Assembly (NCBI GenBank): GCA_964019335.1
Contig: OZ025744.1
Location: 307,709-371,708 of the forward strand
Length of the DNA stretch: 64,000 nt
Reading direction: 5' to 3'
DNA from: Diplonema japonicum
Taxonomy: Eukaryota > Protista > Euglenozoa: Diplonemea
Made by a program: the position numbers and the translations under genes. The notes beneath the pieces are model-generated. The model ran no database searches and was not told the origin of the DNA. It saw only the letters and a list, made by a program, of their open reading frames with translations. This document shows positions 45,972 through 55,899 of this stretch, piece after piece. Position 1 is the stretch's first letter, and every line of letters begins with the position of its first letter.

Positions 45972-46625
45972 GAAAAAAACAACGTACACGGTAACCAGTT
46001 AACTTTTTTTCCACCCAAATCTGTAAGCAGAATTTCCACCACTGTTTACGGTAACCCACAACTTTTTCTCCACTCTCCACAAAAATAGGTTACCGTGGAG
46101 AGTGGAACACTTTTACAAAAAACCATTTGAGTGGGAAAAAAAAAAGTTGAAGGTTACCATTTCCACTTTTTTCCACGGTAACCACCAACTTTTTTTACAC
46201 CGTCCATGGTAACCATAACCTTTCTCCACTCAGCCACAATCACTCCTCGAAGTGCTAAAAGCAGCAACTGCCAGAGAATAGGGCACAATGCAACCACTTG
46301 CAAGAACCCTCATTATTCAACTGCTGCGCCACAGCCACAATCATTCCTCGAAGTGCTGTCCCAGTTGTAGTCCTAGTCTTCAGGGTAGTCACCCATTCTC
46401 TTGAAAGGTTTTTTTCATACTAAACCCCAACGAGGCATAAAAAAAAGTTAGTGGTTGCATAAGGGAAATTGTTGGTGGTTACAGTAAAAAGTGGGGGGGG
46501 GGGAGTTGTAGGTTACTGTGAACGGTGGAAAAAAAGTTGTGGTTACCGTGGATGGTGGAAAAAAAGTTAGAGGTTGAAGGCGACGGTGGAAAAAAGTTAC
46601 TTGGTTAGCGTGTTCGTTGTGTTTC
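45972..46625. mobile_element. non-autonomous TIR DNA transposon with zinc-knuckle remnant
   Basis: ~40-bp TIRs (ACAACGTACACGGTAACCAGTTAACTTTTTTTCCACC and GGTGGAAAAAAGTTACTTGGTTAGCGTGTTCGTTGT), subterminal GGTAACC/GGTTAC repeats, internal plus-strand KSSNCQRIGHNATTCKN (~46257-46307). Confidence 0.7.
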
Positions 46626-47052
46626 CCTTTTTATTAAATTATTCTTAAGGGGGTAGGTTTAAGGGGTTGATGAGAGAATAAGTAGAGAGTATTCAAGACA
46701 CCTTCATGGTGGAGTTGTACCCTTTGTTATCTTCCCAATAAAACTGGCCTTGTTATACCTTGAGAATGATATCCCTGTTTAAAAATAGGGTGGGAGAGAG
46801 GGAGAGGGAGAGAGGGAGTCGAAAACTGTATGTTTATCGGTTGTAAACAACATGAATTCGAGTCGCACGCCTGTTTAGACTCATAAAACAAGTTTCAACC
46901 AGATTCAGGCTGCCGTTCGTTCTTTGGCAAATAATTGTAAAACAAACGATGGCACTGATGATCTGATTGTATTTATTTATTTCTTTCTTTCTTTTTTCTT
47001 TTTTTTTTTTTTATCAAGGAAATCGCATTAAAGGGGAATTCTTCTAAAATCT

Positions 47053-47091
<39 letters not shown>

Positions 47092-47981
47092 ACTTCCATT
47101 GGGTGGACTGCAAAAGTGATATTTTTTTCAAAACAATTGGCGGGAATTAACTCAGATCTGCGGAGCCTTTTTATGGGTGATGGATTGCTGTCCCCCCCCC
47201 CCCCCCCTTTTTTCCTCTTATATCTGAATTTGCCATTTGCCACTGCCGAGGGGCATTGGGTGACCTCAAGAAAAAAGATTAGGACTTTGCTGGGTTTTAG
47301 ATATGGAGCGTAAAAAAAAGAAAAGGACGTTGGGGGGGGGGGGGGGGGGGAGTGGGAGGAGGGGGGTCAGCAATACTCCTCGTTCTTTTTCTCTTTTGCA
47401 AGAACGAGTTTTTTTTTCTGATTGTTAACCTGTTAACCTGTATACGTGCAAACAACAGCCCGCTCTTTCTTTTCTTTTTTTTTTTAATTTACTTCCAAGC
47501 TGCTTTCTCTTGAAATTTCGGCTCAAAACATAAATCAAAGTTTACTTTTTTTCTTTTCATTTCCCCCTTTATTTGAGAATTTAGCCTATCCGTTGGAAGA
47601 AATTGCAACGCGTCTCTGAAATGGGTAGAAAACCCGAAAGTTTAACCGGAAGCGCAAGGTCGCACAAGGTCGTTTAGCACGAGAGCGACCTCCCAGATTG
47701 CCTTTGGGCATACCAAGGATCACAATCTAAATGGTGTAAATTACAATTTCATTCGAAGCAGCATGCCAGTAAATATTAACTATTGATTTATGAAAAATAA
47801 AAAGTGAACTTTAGCCCCCCTCCCGAGGGGGTGATTTTCACGAGAGAAGCGAGGGAACATCAACATCATCGAACAGAACTAGGCTGCTGTAACCTCCCTC
47901 TCTTTTGTTTGTATCTCCCACCCTTTCAAACCCGTGCTCTTGTTAAATAAACCAATGTGTTTTTAAGTGGAAAGAAGACCT

Positions 47982-50381
47982 TCATCCCACATATGGTGGC
48001 AGGTCTAACTCGTAGTTTTTCAAGTGTCCTGGACTCAGGCGAAGATAGAAAGCTTTCTGCATAAGCTGTTCGTACACCCACTCCTGCACAGGTGTGAGGC
48101 GGCTTCTGTCCACAGCGTAAACGGCTTCAGGGATCTCTTCATTGCAGTTCGGGATACCTTTCAGCTTTCTAAAAACACCCACAAGGGGGTCCGAAGGGCT
48201 TGTCTCCAAGGAGTACATCCATTCTTCGTTCTCGCCTGTCACAGAACCGTTTGCTTCGCAGATGATGGTCGCCTGCGCTTCATTCAGAACCAGCCCTACT
48301 GCAGCGGTAATGATTCTTCCCTGCATCACGTCGGCAAGCTTCAACGGCAATATAACTATAGGCATGTCCCTCTTTTGCACGAAGTACTCGGCAGCCTTGT
48401 ATGCCACCTTCAGAGCACAAAGCGGTGTTCCCATCATTGCGAAGCCTTTGTTTACACTGTTCCCTATGTTCCCAGCCTGCATCATGCCGTGTGTCACCCC
48501 CGCCCACCCTACCAAGCCCGAGGTCTTAAGCAGGTCTGCACATACACACGCCTTGTATAGGGCGTCGCTGCAGTTCCCCGCTATGCCCCATGACAGGTAC
48601 AGGACATTCGGGTCTGTGAGGGTGTACGTGTGCAGCACGCCCTCTGTCTTTTGCAGTTTCTCTTGGATGATCGAGATAGTCTCTGCGAAGGCGGGGCACA
48701 ACAACTTCCCTCCCTCGTGCCTCAAGTACAGCTTCAGCAACGCACCCTTCATGTTGTTCAACCCTACATTCAGACGGGACTTCAGGTCGCCTGCAGCTTC
48801 ATCCCTTTCCCTTCTGCTGACCCTTCTACTTCGGGTCTTGGTACTCCTGCCAGACATGTCGCTGGTTCGCTCAGTCGACGTGCCCCCTGACTCGACTCCC
48901 TCTATGAAGAGGGTGCTCGGAAGGTACGCCTTGTACTGGTCGAGGACGTTGCAGGCAAACAACAGCCCGCTTGCCAGGTGCACAACCTCTGTCACGCTCA
49001 CTTTACGTACTGCCACCAGAACACCCCTTCGTGCACCCTCAATGTCCATTGTTGTGAGGTGGGAGGTGGAATCAGCAATCTGGGACACAGGCACGACGAC
49101 AGTGACGTATTCCAGTATCATCACAGTGAGGTCGCAACACAACACGACACAACAGAAAATAATGAGGAGCACCAGTGCTGCGTTGATCTGGTCCTGCACC
49201 ACGCTGGTGGACTGGATCCACAAGATGATGGCATCGAAACGGGTTGCGTTGAACCCGTCGTCCAAGGTCATCAAGGTCTCCGTCCTGACGAAGTGCTCCC
49301 CACCTTTAATGCCCTTTTTCCAGAAACCAGGCCGTTGTTGCCCTACTGTATTCCACGTGCCGTGCATCTGCGAGTCGTTCACCAGATGCATGATGCAGTG
49401 CTGCTTCTCCTTCAACGCGTTCCTGTCTGTCCCCAGACACGGCCCGTCGAGAAGTTGCTGGCCCGTTGAGGTGGCGTACACGATGCCTGACAGCGCGTCG
49501 AAGATGACGACCTTCGTGTTTGAGGTGCGCTCTGCGTATGACTGAAGGGCTGCTTCCCACTGGTAAAAGAACCATGCCGCCTTGATGCCGACGAACTTGT
49601 ACTTTGACCAAGGATGGGGTGGGGGTGGCGCCATGTACCACGTATCGACGTAGATGTAGATGAATGGCGTCAGGTCGCCTGAGAGCCATGCCTCGGGCCT
49701 CTCTGCACATGACATGACCTTTGACCCGGGTGCTCCCTCGGCACTCATGTTAGGGTGGCATGTCAGCTTGCTAACCTCAAGGTCGAAGTTGTAGTTTTCT
49801 TTAACGATGGTCCCATTGTCGGGTGTGACGCCAAAGACATGCGCCTCAAGTCCATGGCCGTGATCATGATTCTGATTGTAAAGAGCCTTGACGTACTCAA
49901 CACCACCATCCTGTAGGAGGTCTTTCCATGTGTGGTAGTAGAAGAGCGCAGGGTCCTTGGGATCGTGGGGGATTGCCTCGATACCGATCTCGTCAATCCA
50001 GTAGGACCACCTCACACGTGGCCAAATGGCCCACTCGGCAGAATCCGCCCACGACTCCACGTCCACGCTGTCTGCACTGAGAGTTCCGTTTGGGTTCAAG
50101 GTGACAGGATGTTGTGCATCAAACCTTTCCCTTATCAGGGTGTTCATCTCTTTTTCAACCTGCTGGACTTCGTCGATGCATGACCTAAGTTCCTTTCGGA
50201 GTCCTTGCACCTGTGCATCAGACACATCCTCTACCACACCTTCCAAGGACTTCAGCGACTCGAAATACATCAGCAACCCCCCTAGCAGCGACAGTGTGGT
50301 GCTCATCGCTGTTGCACAAATAAGTAAATACTGCAGTTTCACCTTGCATTTCGCCTTCTGATCCACAAGGTTATCTTGCAT
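47982..50381 (-). CDS. receptor-type membrane protein with degenerate class III nucleotidyl cyclase domain, 799 aa
   Basis: TM, extracellular domain, TM, HAMP-like linker (V.EV..L...L..YKAYLP), cyclase-like GVTHGMMQAGNIG...GFAMMG, NEEWMYSLE. Metal-binding Asp motifs not seen. Confidence 0.75.
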   Translation of the reverse strand: MQDNLVDQKAKCKVKLQYLLICATAMSTTLSLLGGLLMYFESLKSLEGVVEDVSDAQVQGLRKELRSCIDEVQQVEKEMNTLIRERFDAQHPVTLNPNGTLSADSVDVESWADSAEWAIWPRVRWSYWIDEIGIEAIPHDPKDPALFYYHTWKDLLQDGGVEYVKALYNQNHDHGHGLEAHVFGVTPDNGTIVKENYNFDLEVSKLTCHPNMSAEGAPGSKVMSCAERPEAWLSGDLTPFIYIYVDTWYMAPPPPHPWSKYKFVGIKAAWFFYQWEAALQSYAERTSNTKVVIFDALSGIVYATSTGQQLLDGPCLGTDRNALKEKQHCIMHLVNDSQMHGTWNTVGQQRPGFWKKGIKGGEHFVRTETLMTLDDGFNATRFDAIILWIQSTSVVQDQINAALVLLIIFCCVVLCCDLTVMILEYVTVVVPVSQIADSTSHLTTMDIEGARRGVLVAVRKVSVTEVVHLASGLLFACNVLDQYKAYLPSTLFIEGVESGGTSTERTSDMSGRSTKTRSRRVSRRERDEAAGDLKSRLNVGLNNMKGALLKLYLRHEGGKLLCPAFAETISIIQEKLQKTEGVLHTYTLTDPNVLYLSWGIAGNCSDALYKACVCADLLKTSGLVGWAGVTHGMMQAGNIGNSVNKGFAMMGTPLCALKVAYKAAEYFVQKRDMPIVILPLKLADVMQGRIITAAVGLVLNEAQATIICEANGSVTGENEEWMYSLETSPSDPLVGVFRKLKGIPNCNEEIPEAVYAVDRSRLTPVQEWVYEQLMQKAFYLRLSPGHLKNYELDLPPYVG

Positions 50382-50819
50382 TATTTCCTGTATTTGAGCA
50401 TGCGGAAAAAAGAAATGGAACTGAGAAAGAAAAAGAAATGGGACGGAAAAAAGAATAGCTTGTGAAAGCAGTCCAAAAAATAGCTAATAGAAAAGGGAAA
50501 CAAATTGACCTCAAACTGCACAGTGATGCCGATGTTGCTCAGCATGCTAGCAGTTTTGCCCCTTGGCAATGATGAGGCCGTGGAGTGTATTTTCTTTTTT
50601 TTTTTTTTTTTACATATTTCCTATGCCAGGGGTGGTCGTTCCGTTCCCTTCCACCAAACTGGAAAGTCGGAACTTGGCGGAACCAGCGGAACCGGAACGA
50701 AGCGGAACTTGGTGGAACATGGCAGAACAGGGAATTCCTTACCTTTTTTTTTTTTCTTCTTCTTTTTTTTTTTTTTTTTTCTTTTCTTTTGGGAAAAACA
50801 CTGTTCACGGTAAGCAAAT

Positions 50820-53620
50820 AACTTTCGCAATAGAAGTGGTCAAAAACACCTGAACAGTGATATTTTACCTCAGAAAAAAAGGTTTTTTTCACTAAGGGTA
50901 CCTATACTAGGCCTAATAATGATCCATCTGTCATTTTTCTCTCCTTAATAACTTACCTTTCTCATTCTTTGTATTTCCCCCCTGTTTTTACTGTACTTTA
51001 TTGGCAGGTTGTTTTAAAAAAATAACCTAACCCAACAAGACACTCCAATAGAACCAGAAAATCTGTCAGAAAAGACTACCTGATAGCCTACCTTGGGTGG
51101 GCTGGGGGGGTGGGGGACAAAAAAAAATTTTTTTTTCCCAGGGGACCCCAAACTTGGGGTCACTTTGGCCATTTTTGACCCCAAAATTTTTTTTCTGGAA
51201 AAAGCCAGAAATCATGAAATTTATATTAAAAACACCTTAAAAACCCATTTCTGCAAACCAAAAAGTTCAGAAAGGTGTTTAGGTGGAATACACATCTCTA
51301 AACTATATTCTGAAGTAAAAAGTAAGTAAAAATCTGAAAATCTCAGGGGGGTAACTCATCCTCATGACAACACTGGGAGGGCAAAAAATAATTTTTTTTT
51401 GAACACCCAATTTTGTCCCAAAAATGGAATTCTGAACAGCCAATGGAAAGTTTTAACCCCACTTGGACTGAAAGTTTTTTTTCAAAAATCACTTTAGGAA
51501 TTTTCCTTAGGGTCTAAATGGCCACCTGAAAATCACAAAATCAAGCTTCATTTTAGAATGGTATTTTTGGAATTTTAGCCTAATTTTGGGTGATGATAAG
51601 CAAAATTCCCCTTGAAGTAGGTTTCCCAGCTGTGGTTATCTAATCGAATTTTTTTTTCTTCAAGGAATCAACTTTCTTCTGAAAATTTAAGATTCATATT
51701 ATTCTAGCACCTTGTAATGAAGGGTTAGGTTATTTTTTAAAACAACCCACCAATAAAGTACAGTAAAAACAGGGGGGGGAAATACAAGAGGTCCTAGGTT
51801 TGGGTGGGATGTGAGGCAAGGCTCATACTACCTTGTTGTGACTATGTAAAAAAGAAAAAAAAAAAAAAAAAAATTAAAAAAAATGTCAGGGGGGGTTTGG
51901 AGACCTGCTTTGAAAAAAATATTAAAAAGAGGCCTTTGCAAGAAAAGTACAAAGCAAAAAAAAAAAAAAAAAAAAGTAAAAAAAAGGGATGCAGTGCTGG
52001 CCAGACTGGTGGTCTGAGGGGTCTGGCCCACAAACCACCCCAACACCGCAAATTTTCGACACACATGATGTATGCAACACAGGGTGCACAACACAGCACG
52101 TGTTTTATAACATGGAAAAGCAGGTGTCACAATGCACCTCTTGGTGCACAATATACAAAAGGAAAAAAAAAAAAAAAAAAAAACTTTTATCTTCTTTTTC
52201 AGGTGGTGGGGATAACATGAAAATATAAGAAAAACATCAGATGTGTTGTTCACTGTTGACCTCCTCATCTGTCATCACTGAGCAAAGACACATCACAGAA
52301 TCTTAGTTACCTGTGGTGCCCTGGCTGGGGTTGAGCTGAACACCACACACATTAAGGACACAACACAGAATGCAGAAGAAGCTACAACCCAGCTGTCTGG
52401 CCATTGTGATTAAGGAAATGACACGGAACACAAAAAGCTACAACTCAGCCATGGTGATTAAGGACACAATGCAGAACACAGAAGAAGCTACAACCTGGCT
52501 GTGGTGGTTAAGGAAATGACACGGAATGCAAGAAGTTACAACCTGGCTGCAGTGATTAAGGGCATGATGTGGAATGCAGAAGAAGCTACATCCTGGCCGT
52601 GGTGATTAAGGAAACGATGCAGAACACAGAAGAAGCTACAACTCGGCTGTGGTGCACCCCCTGTAATCAAGTAGACAGTTCTTGTGCAGGGTGCTGCCAA
52701 CACCAGCCTCCTTTAACTCATATATTTATCTCCTTTCTATTATTTTCAGGTGGGGGGGGGATAACATGAAAATATGTGCAACAAACAGGCAGTGCAATGC
52801 AGGGGTTGATCTGTACATTGCACATTAGGGCATGGTGCTGAAAGCAAGGAACCGATCTGTTTACACAGGTTGTATAAACATACCCTCCTCTTGTACATAT
52901 TATTTACTATTTCCCCCCTTTTCTATTACATCCAAATACAACATTTGATGCAGAAAGTAGAAACAACAGCTTGGCTTAGGTGTGTGATAAAATGTGAGAA
53001 GACAAGAAAAAAAGAAGGAAAAAAAAAAAGGTAAACACATCATGTATGTCAAAAAGAAAATCAAGGATTTTTTTCTCTTTTTTTTTTCCCCATTTTTTTT
53101 TTTTTCCAAAGAGAAAAAAAAAAAAAAAAAAAAGTTGCAAAACTATCAAAAATAATGACAGTGTTGGGGAGAGTCCTGTGAGTCCCATCAAGTCCCATCC
53201 CGTGGAGTCCTGTGAGTCCTGTCCAGGCCTGTATTCTGTTTTAGGGGATGGGATGGGACTGACCAACACTGCCCATGACCATCTCACTTTCACTATTAGC
53301 CTCATTAAGGTCTAGAAATGGTATTTTTGAGGGAAAAAAAAATTTGAGAAAAAATCAATTTAAGGGTGTTTTTGGGAGGAAAAACAATTTTTTGGACACT
53401 ATTTTTTTTTTTTTTTTCCAGCACCCCATGCGCCCAATAAAGTACAGTAAAAAAAAGGGGGGTAAATACAAAGAATGAGAAAGGTAAGTCATAAAGGAGA
53501 GAAAACCAACAGATAGACCATTACTAGGCCTGATATAGGTACCCTTTTAGAAAAAAATCAATTTTTCTGAGGTAAAAAACCACTTTTCAGGTGTTTTTGA
53601 CCACTTGTTCATGTGAAAAA
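50820..53620. mobile_element. degenerate element bounded by ~190-bp inverted repeats (50820-51005 and 53432-53620), partial third arm 51720-51790
   Basis: AAGTGGTCAAAAACACCTGAA..TTTTACCTCAGAAAAA..AAGGGTACCTATA..CTTACCTTTCTCATTCTTTGTATTT..TTACTGTACTTTATTGG recurs as its reverse complement. No ORF inside. Confidence 0.75.
52351..52654 (+). repeat. minisatellite, 6 x ~48-58 bp
   Basis: Units start at ~52351, 52409, 52457, 52507, 52555, 52605. Inferred consensus ATTAAGGACACGACGCGGAACGCAGAAGAAGCTACAACCCGGCCGCGGTG. Confidence 0.9.
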
Positions 53621-53954
53621 TAATTTTTTTTGGGCACCTTTTTTTCCCCCCCAAACTTCTCACTTTCACCCCACTTCACTAAAGGCCTCTATTAAGGCCT
53701 AGGATAGGTACTTTTGAGAAAAAAAATTTTTTTTTTGGAAAAAAAACAATTTTTGGGTGTCTTTGACAACTTTTTTTGGGTAGAAAAAAATTTTTTTGGA
53801 CACTATAAAAAAATTTTTTTGCCCCCCCACCCCCCTGGATTTGCCCCCCCATGCCCCCCTGAAAATCTCAGGGGGGCAACCCATTCTCATAACAACACTG
53901 ATCCCAGAAGCCAGCATCTTCCTGACCAGTAGTTCAGCCGAAAATATTTTTGAA

Positions 53955-54030
53955 GGTGTAATAGTCTAGTTGGGGGGGCTTTGCCCTGTACCTAGGCAAA
54001 GCAGGTTCAAGCCCCACTCCAGTGGATTTT
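53955..54030 (+). pseudogene. tRNA-like remnant or SINE head
   Basis: A-box TAGTCTAGTTGG (53962), stem-loop GCTTTGCC-CTGTACCTA-GGCAAAGC, B-box GGTTCAAGCCC (54004). No proper acceptor stem. Confidence 0.35.
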
Positions 54031-54811
54031 TTAAGGCTCCCCACAGGAGAGAAACAGCAGCCTGAACCAGTGTTTCCACAAAAGCTTTTCGTAAGCTTGT
54101 GGGAGTCTAGTTGAAGAAAAGTGCAGTTTTCAGGGAAGGACAGAGATATTAAAAGATGGTATTCCATAGGGAAAATCATCCTCAGACTCTTTCTACATGG
54201 TTTTATCCACAAGTTCATGAAGCTATCTGGTAACCCATATTAAACTGACTCTATAACCTAGTTATAGAATACTTCATCTTCTCTAAGCTCTTTCCACATG
54301 GTTTAATCCACAAGTTCATGAAGGTTGTTGGTAACCTATTTTTAACCTATTACTAAAAACTAGGTTGGGATTTTGTAGGGAAACTTCTTTATAATCGTAT
54401 TAGTATTACACTTTTTTGTATATCTAGGAAAAAAAAAATACTTCAAGAAAGAGATAGCTTAAACTGTCTGTTGAGCAAGGCCCCAAGACGTTCATACCCC
54501 TGTGTTGTTAAAGTCATACCATCTGCATTGTACACAGTGTTGTTTGCAACCTCTGACAGTCAGCAATAAACAAAGCATCAGACATGTACTATCAATGTAT
54601 AGAAACCATGGATCGTCTGCAATAGAGGCTTCAGATACATCTTTTATGATAGGAGGGATAGCTATCATGGTGTAGTATCCAAGTCCTTTTAGAGCTGTAA
54701 TGTATTGTTCAAGTGAGAGAAGGGTTTCTGTAACACATGTAGCACTGTTTAGCAAGTACTTGTGTCTCAAGGTTACACCTAAACCAAATTGATCAATATG
54801 TTTGTCTTAGC

Positions 54812-55680
54812 ATGTGGTTTGTGGTGGTCAAGTTGCAGACCCAGGGGTGCAGACACCACCCAACACTGGGGAAGGAAGGGGTAGCAGGCATTGTGGTGGG
54901 AGCCAGCACTACCAAGGTGACACTACATGAGTTCTTGGAGAGGTGCAATGCAAGGATAAGGGCCCCAGTGGGAAAGGTCAAGGACCTGATCAAAGTGAAG
55001 GCGTGGGTGAGGGATGGAAGGAAGGTCACCCTCGACGTCTACGAGGGGAGGGGGCCCTGTGAGAAGGAGACGAGGCACACTGTCCAGGACCATCTGCAGA
55101 AGATGGGTGTTGAAGAGGTCAACCTGCAGTCAGCAGTGGTGATGGTCCTGGGGTTGTTCAAGGATGTCTCCTTTGAGAGGTACCTTGGGCTGTTGGCCCA
55201 GAAGAAGGAGGAAGACAGGGAGAGGTGGCCTGAGGTGGTTGCCATGGACCTCCCCACCCTGGAAGAGCTGAAGTGGAGCAAGAAGGACAAGAAGTGGGCC
55301 CAGGCCCGATCGGCCAGTACTGACTCGGATTGTGTGGAGGGTGGCTACATCTATCTGAAGGGTACGGGGGCGGATGGCACCATGGTCGAAGCCAACATAT
55401 GCAGGGGTGAGCTCAAGGGGATGACTGGGCCCCAGTTCAAGTTCTTGGTGGAGCACAGGTTGATGGAAGAGCTGGGGAGCAACGACCTGGTGTGGGACAC
55501 AGTCAAGGTGCGCAACAGGGAGAACTGGGCCCTGGTGAACAGTGTGGTGGCTTGGCTGCAGCTCGAGTTGGGGAGGGCACGGGTGGGGCCCATACCCCAC
55601 AAGAAGAGGTCCAAAGGCTTGCTGGCCAGATAGGCCAGTGGGGGTGTGGGGGGCTGGTCCTGCAAACCCACAAACCCGCA
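54812..55680 (+). mobile_element. 3' remnant of a divergent related retroelement (273-aa ORF to TAG 55633, plus 3 decayed CCCGCAAA units)
   Basis: IRAPVGKVKDLIK..DGRKV..EG..P..T..MGV..GL..FERYLGLL aligns by eye with LRARPGDRLLK..EGRV..EG..P..T..LGV..GL..VKQYFASL at the C-terminus of the downstream element. Ends CCTGCAAACCCACAAACCCGCA (55659-55680). Confidence 0.55.
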
Positions 55681-55899
55681 TTTTTTTTTTTTTTTTTTTT
55701 TCTGTTTTTCTTTTTCTTTTTCTTTTTGGAGTGGAACCATCTCAGTCGACGTTTTTTTTTTTTTTTTCTTTTTTCTTATGTGGTGATGTGTTTTTCCTGT
55801 TTTTGATTTTCTTCTTCCCCTGCTCTATGCTTTTTCGCATGGACATTGGTCACTCTGCCCCTTTCCCCTTTTTTGATTCTCCCTCTTTCCCCCTCCTAA

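Noticed and set aside
52351-52654. CRISPR-like array
   Set aside because: No unique spacers, variation is mostly CpG decay of one unit, no cas genes, eukaryotic context.
53159-53271. Small CAGTGTTGG...CCAACACTG hAT-like MITE
   Set aside because: The 9-bp inverted ends are present but there is no 8-bp TSD and only one copy in the window.
53955-54030. Functional tRNA-Tyr(GTA)
   Set aside because: No 7-bp acceptor stem or proper D arm, and the central stem is too long. Kept only as a remnant.
54492-54770. 92-aa minus-strand ORF
   Set aside because: Non-ATG start, no recognisable motif, lies in the decayed repeat zone.
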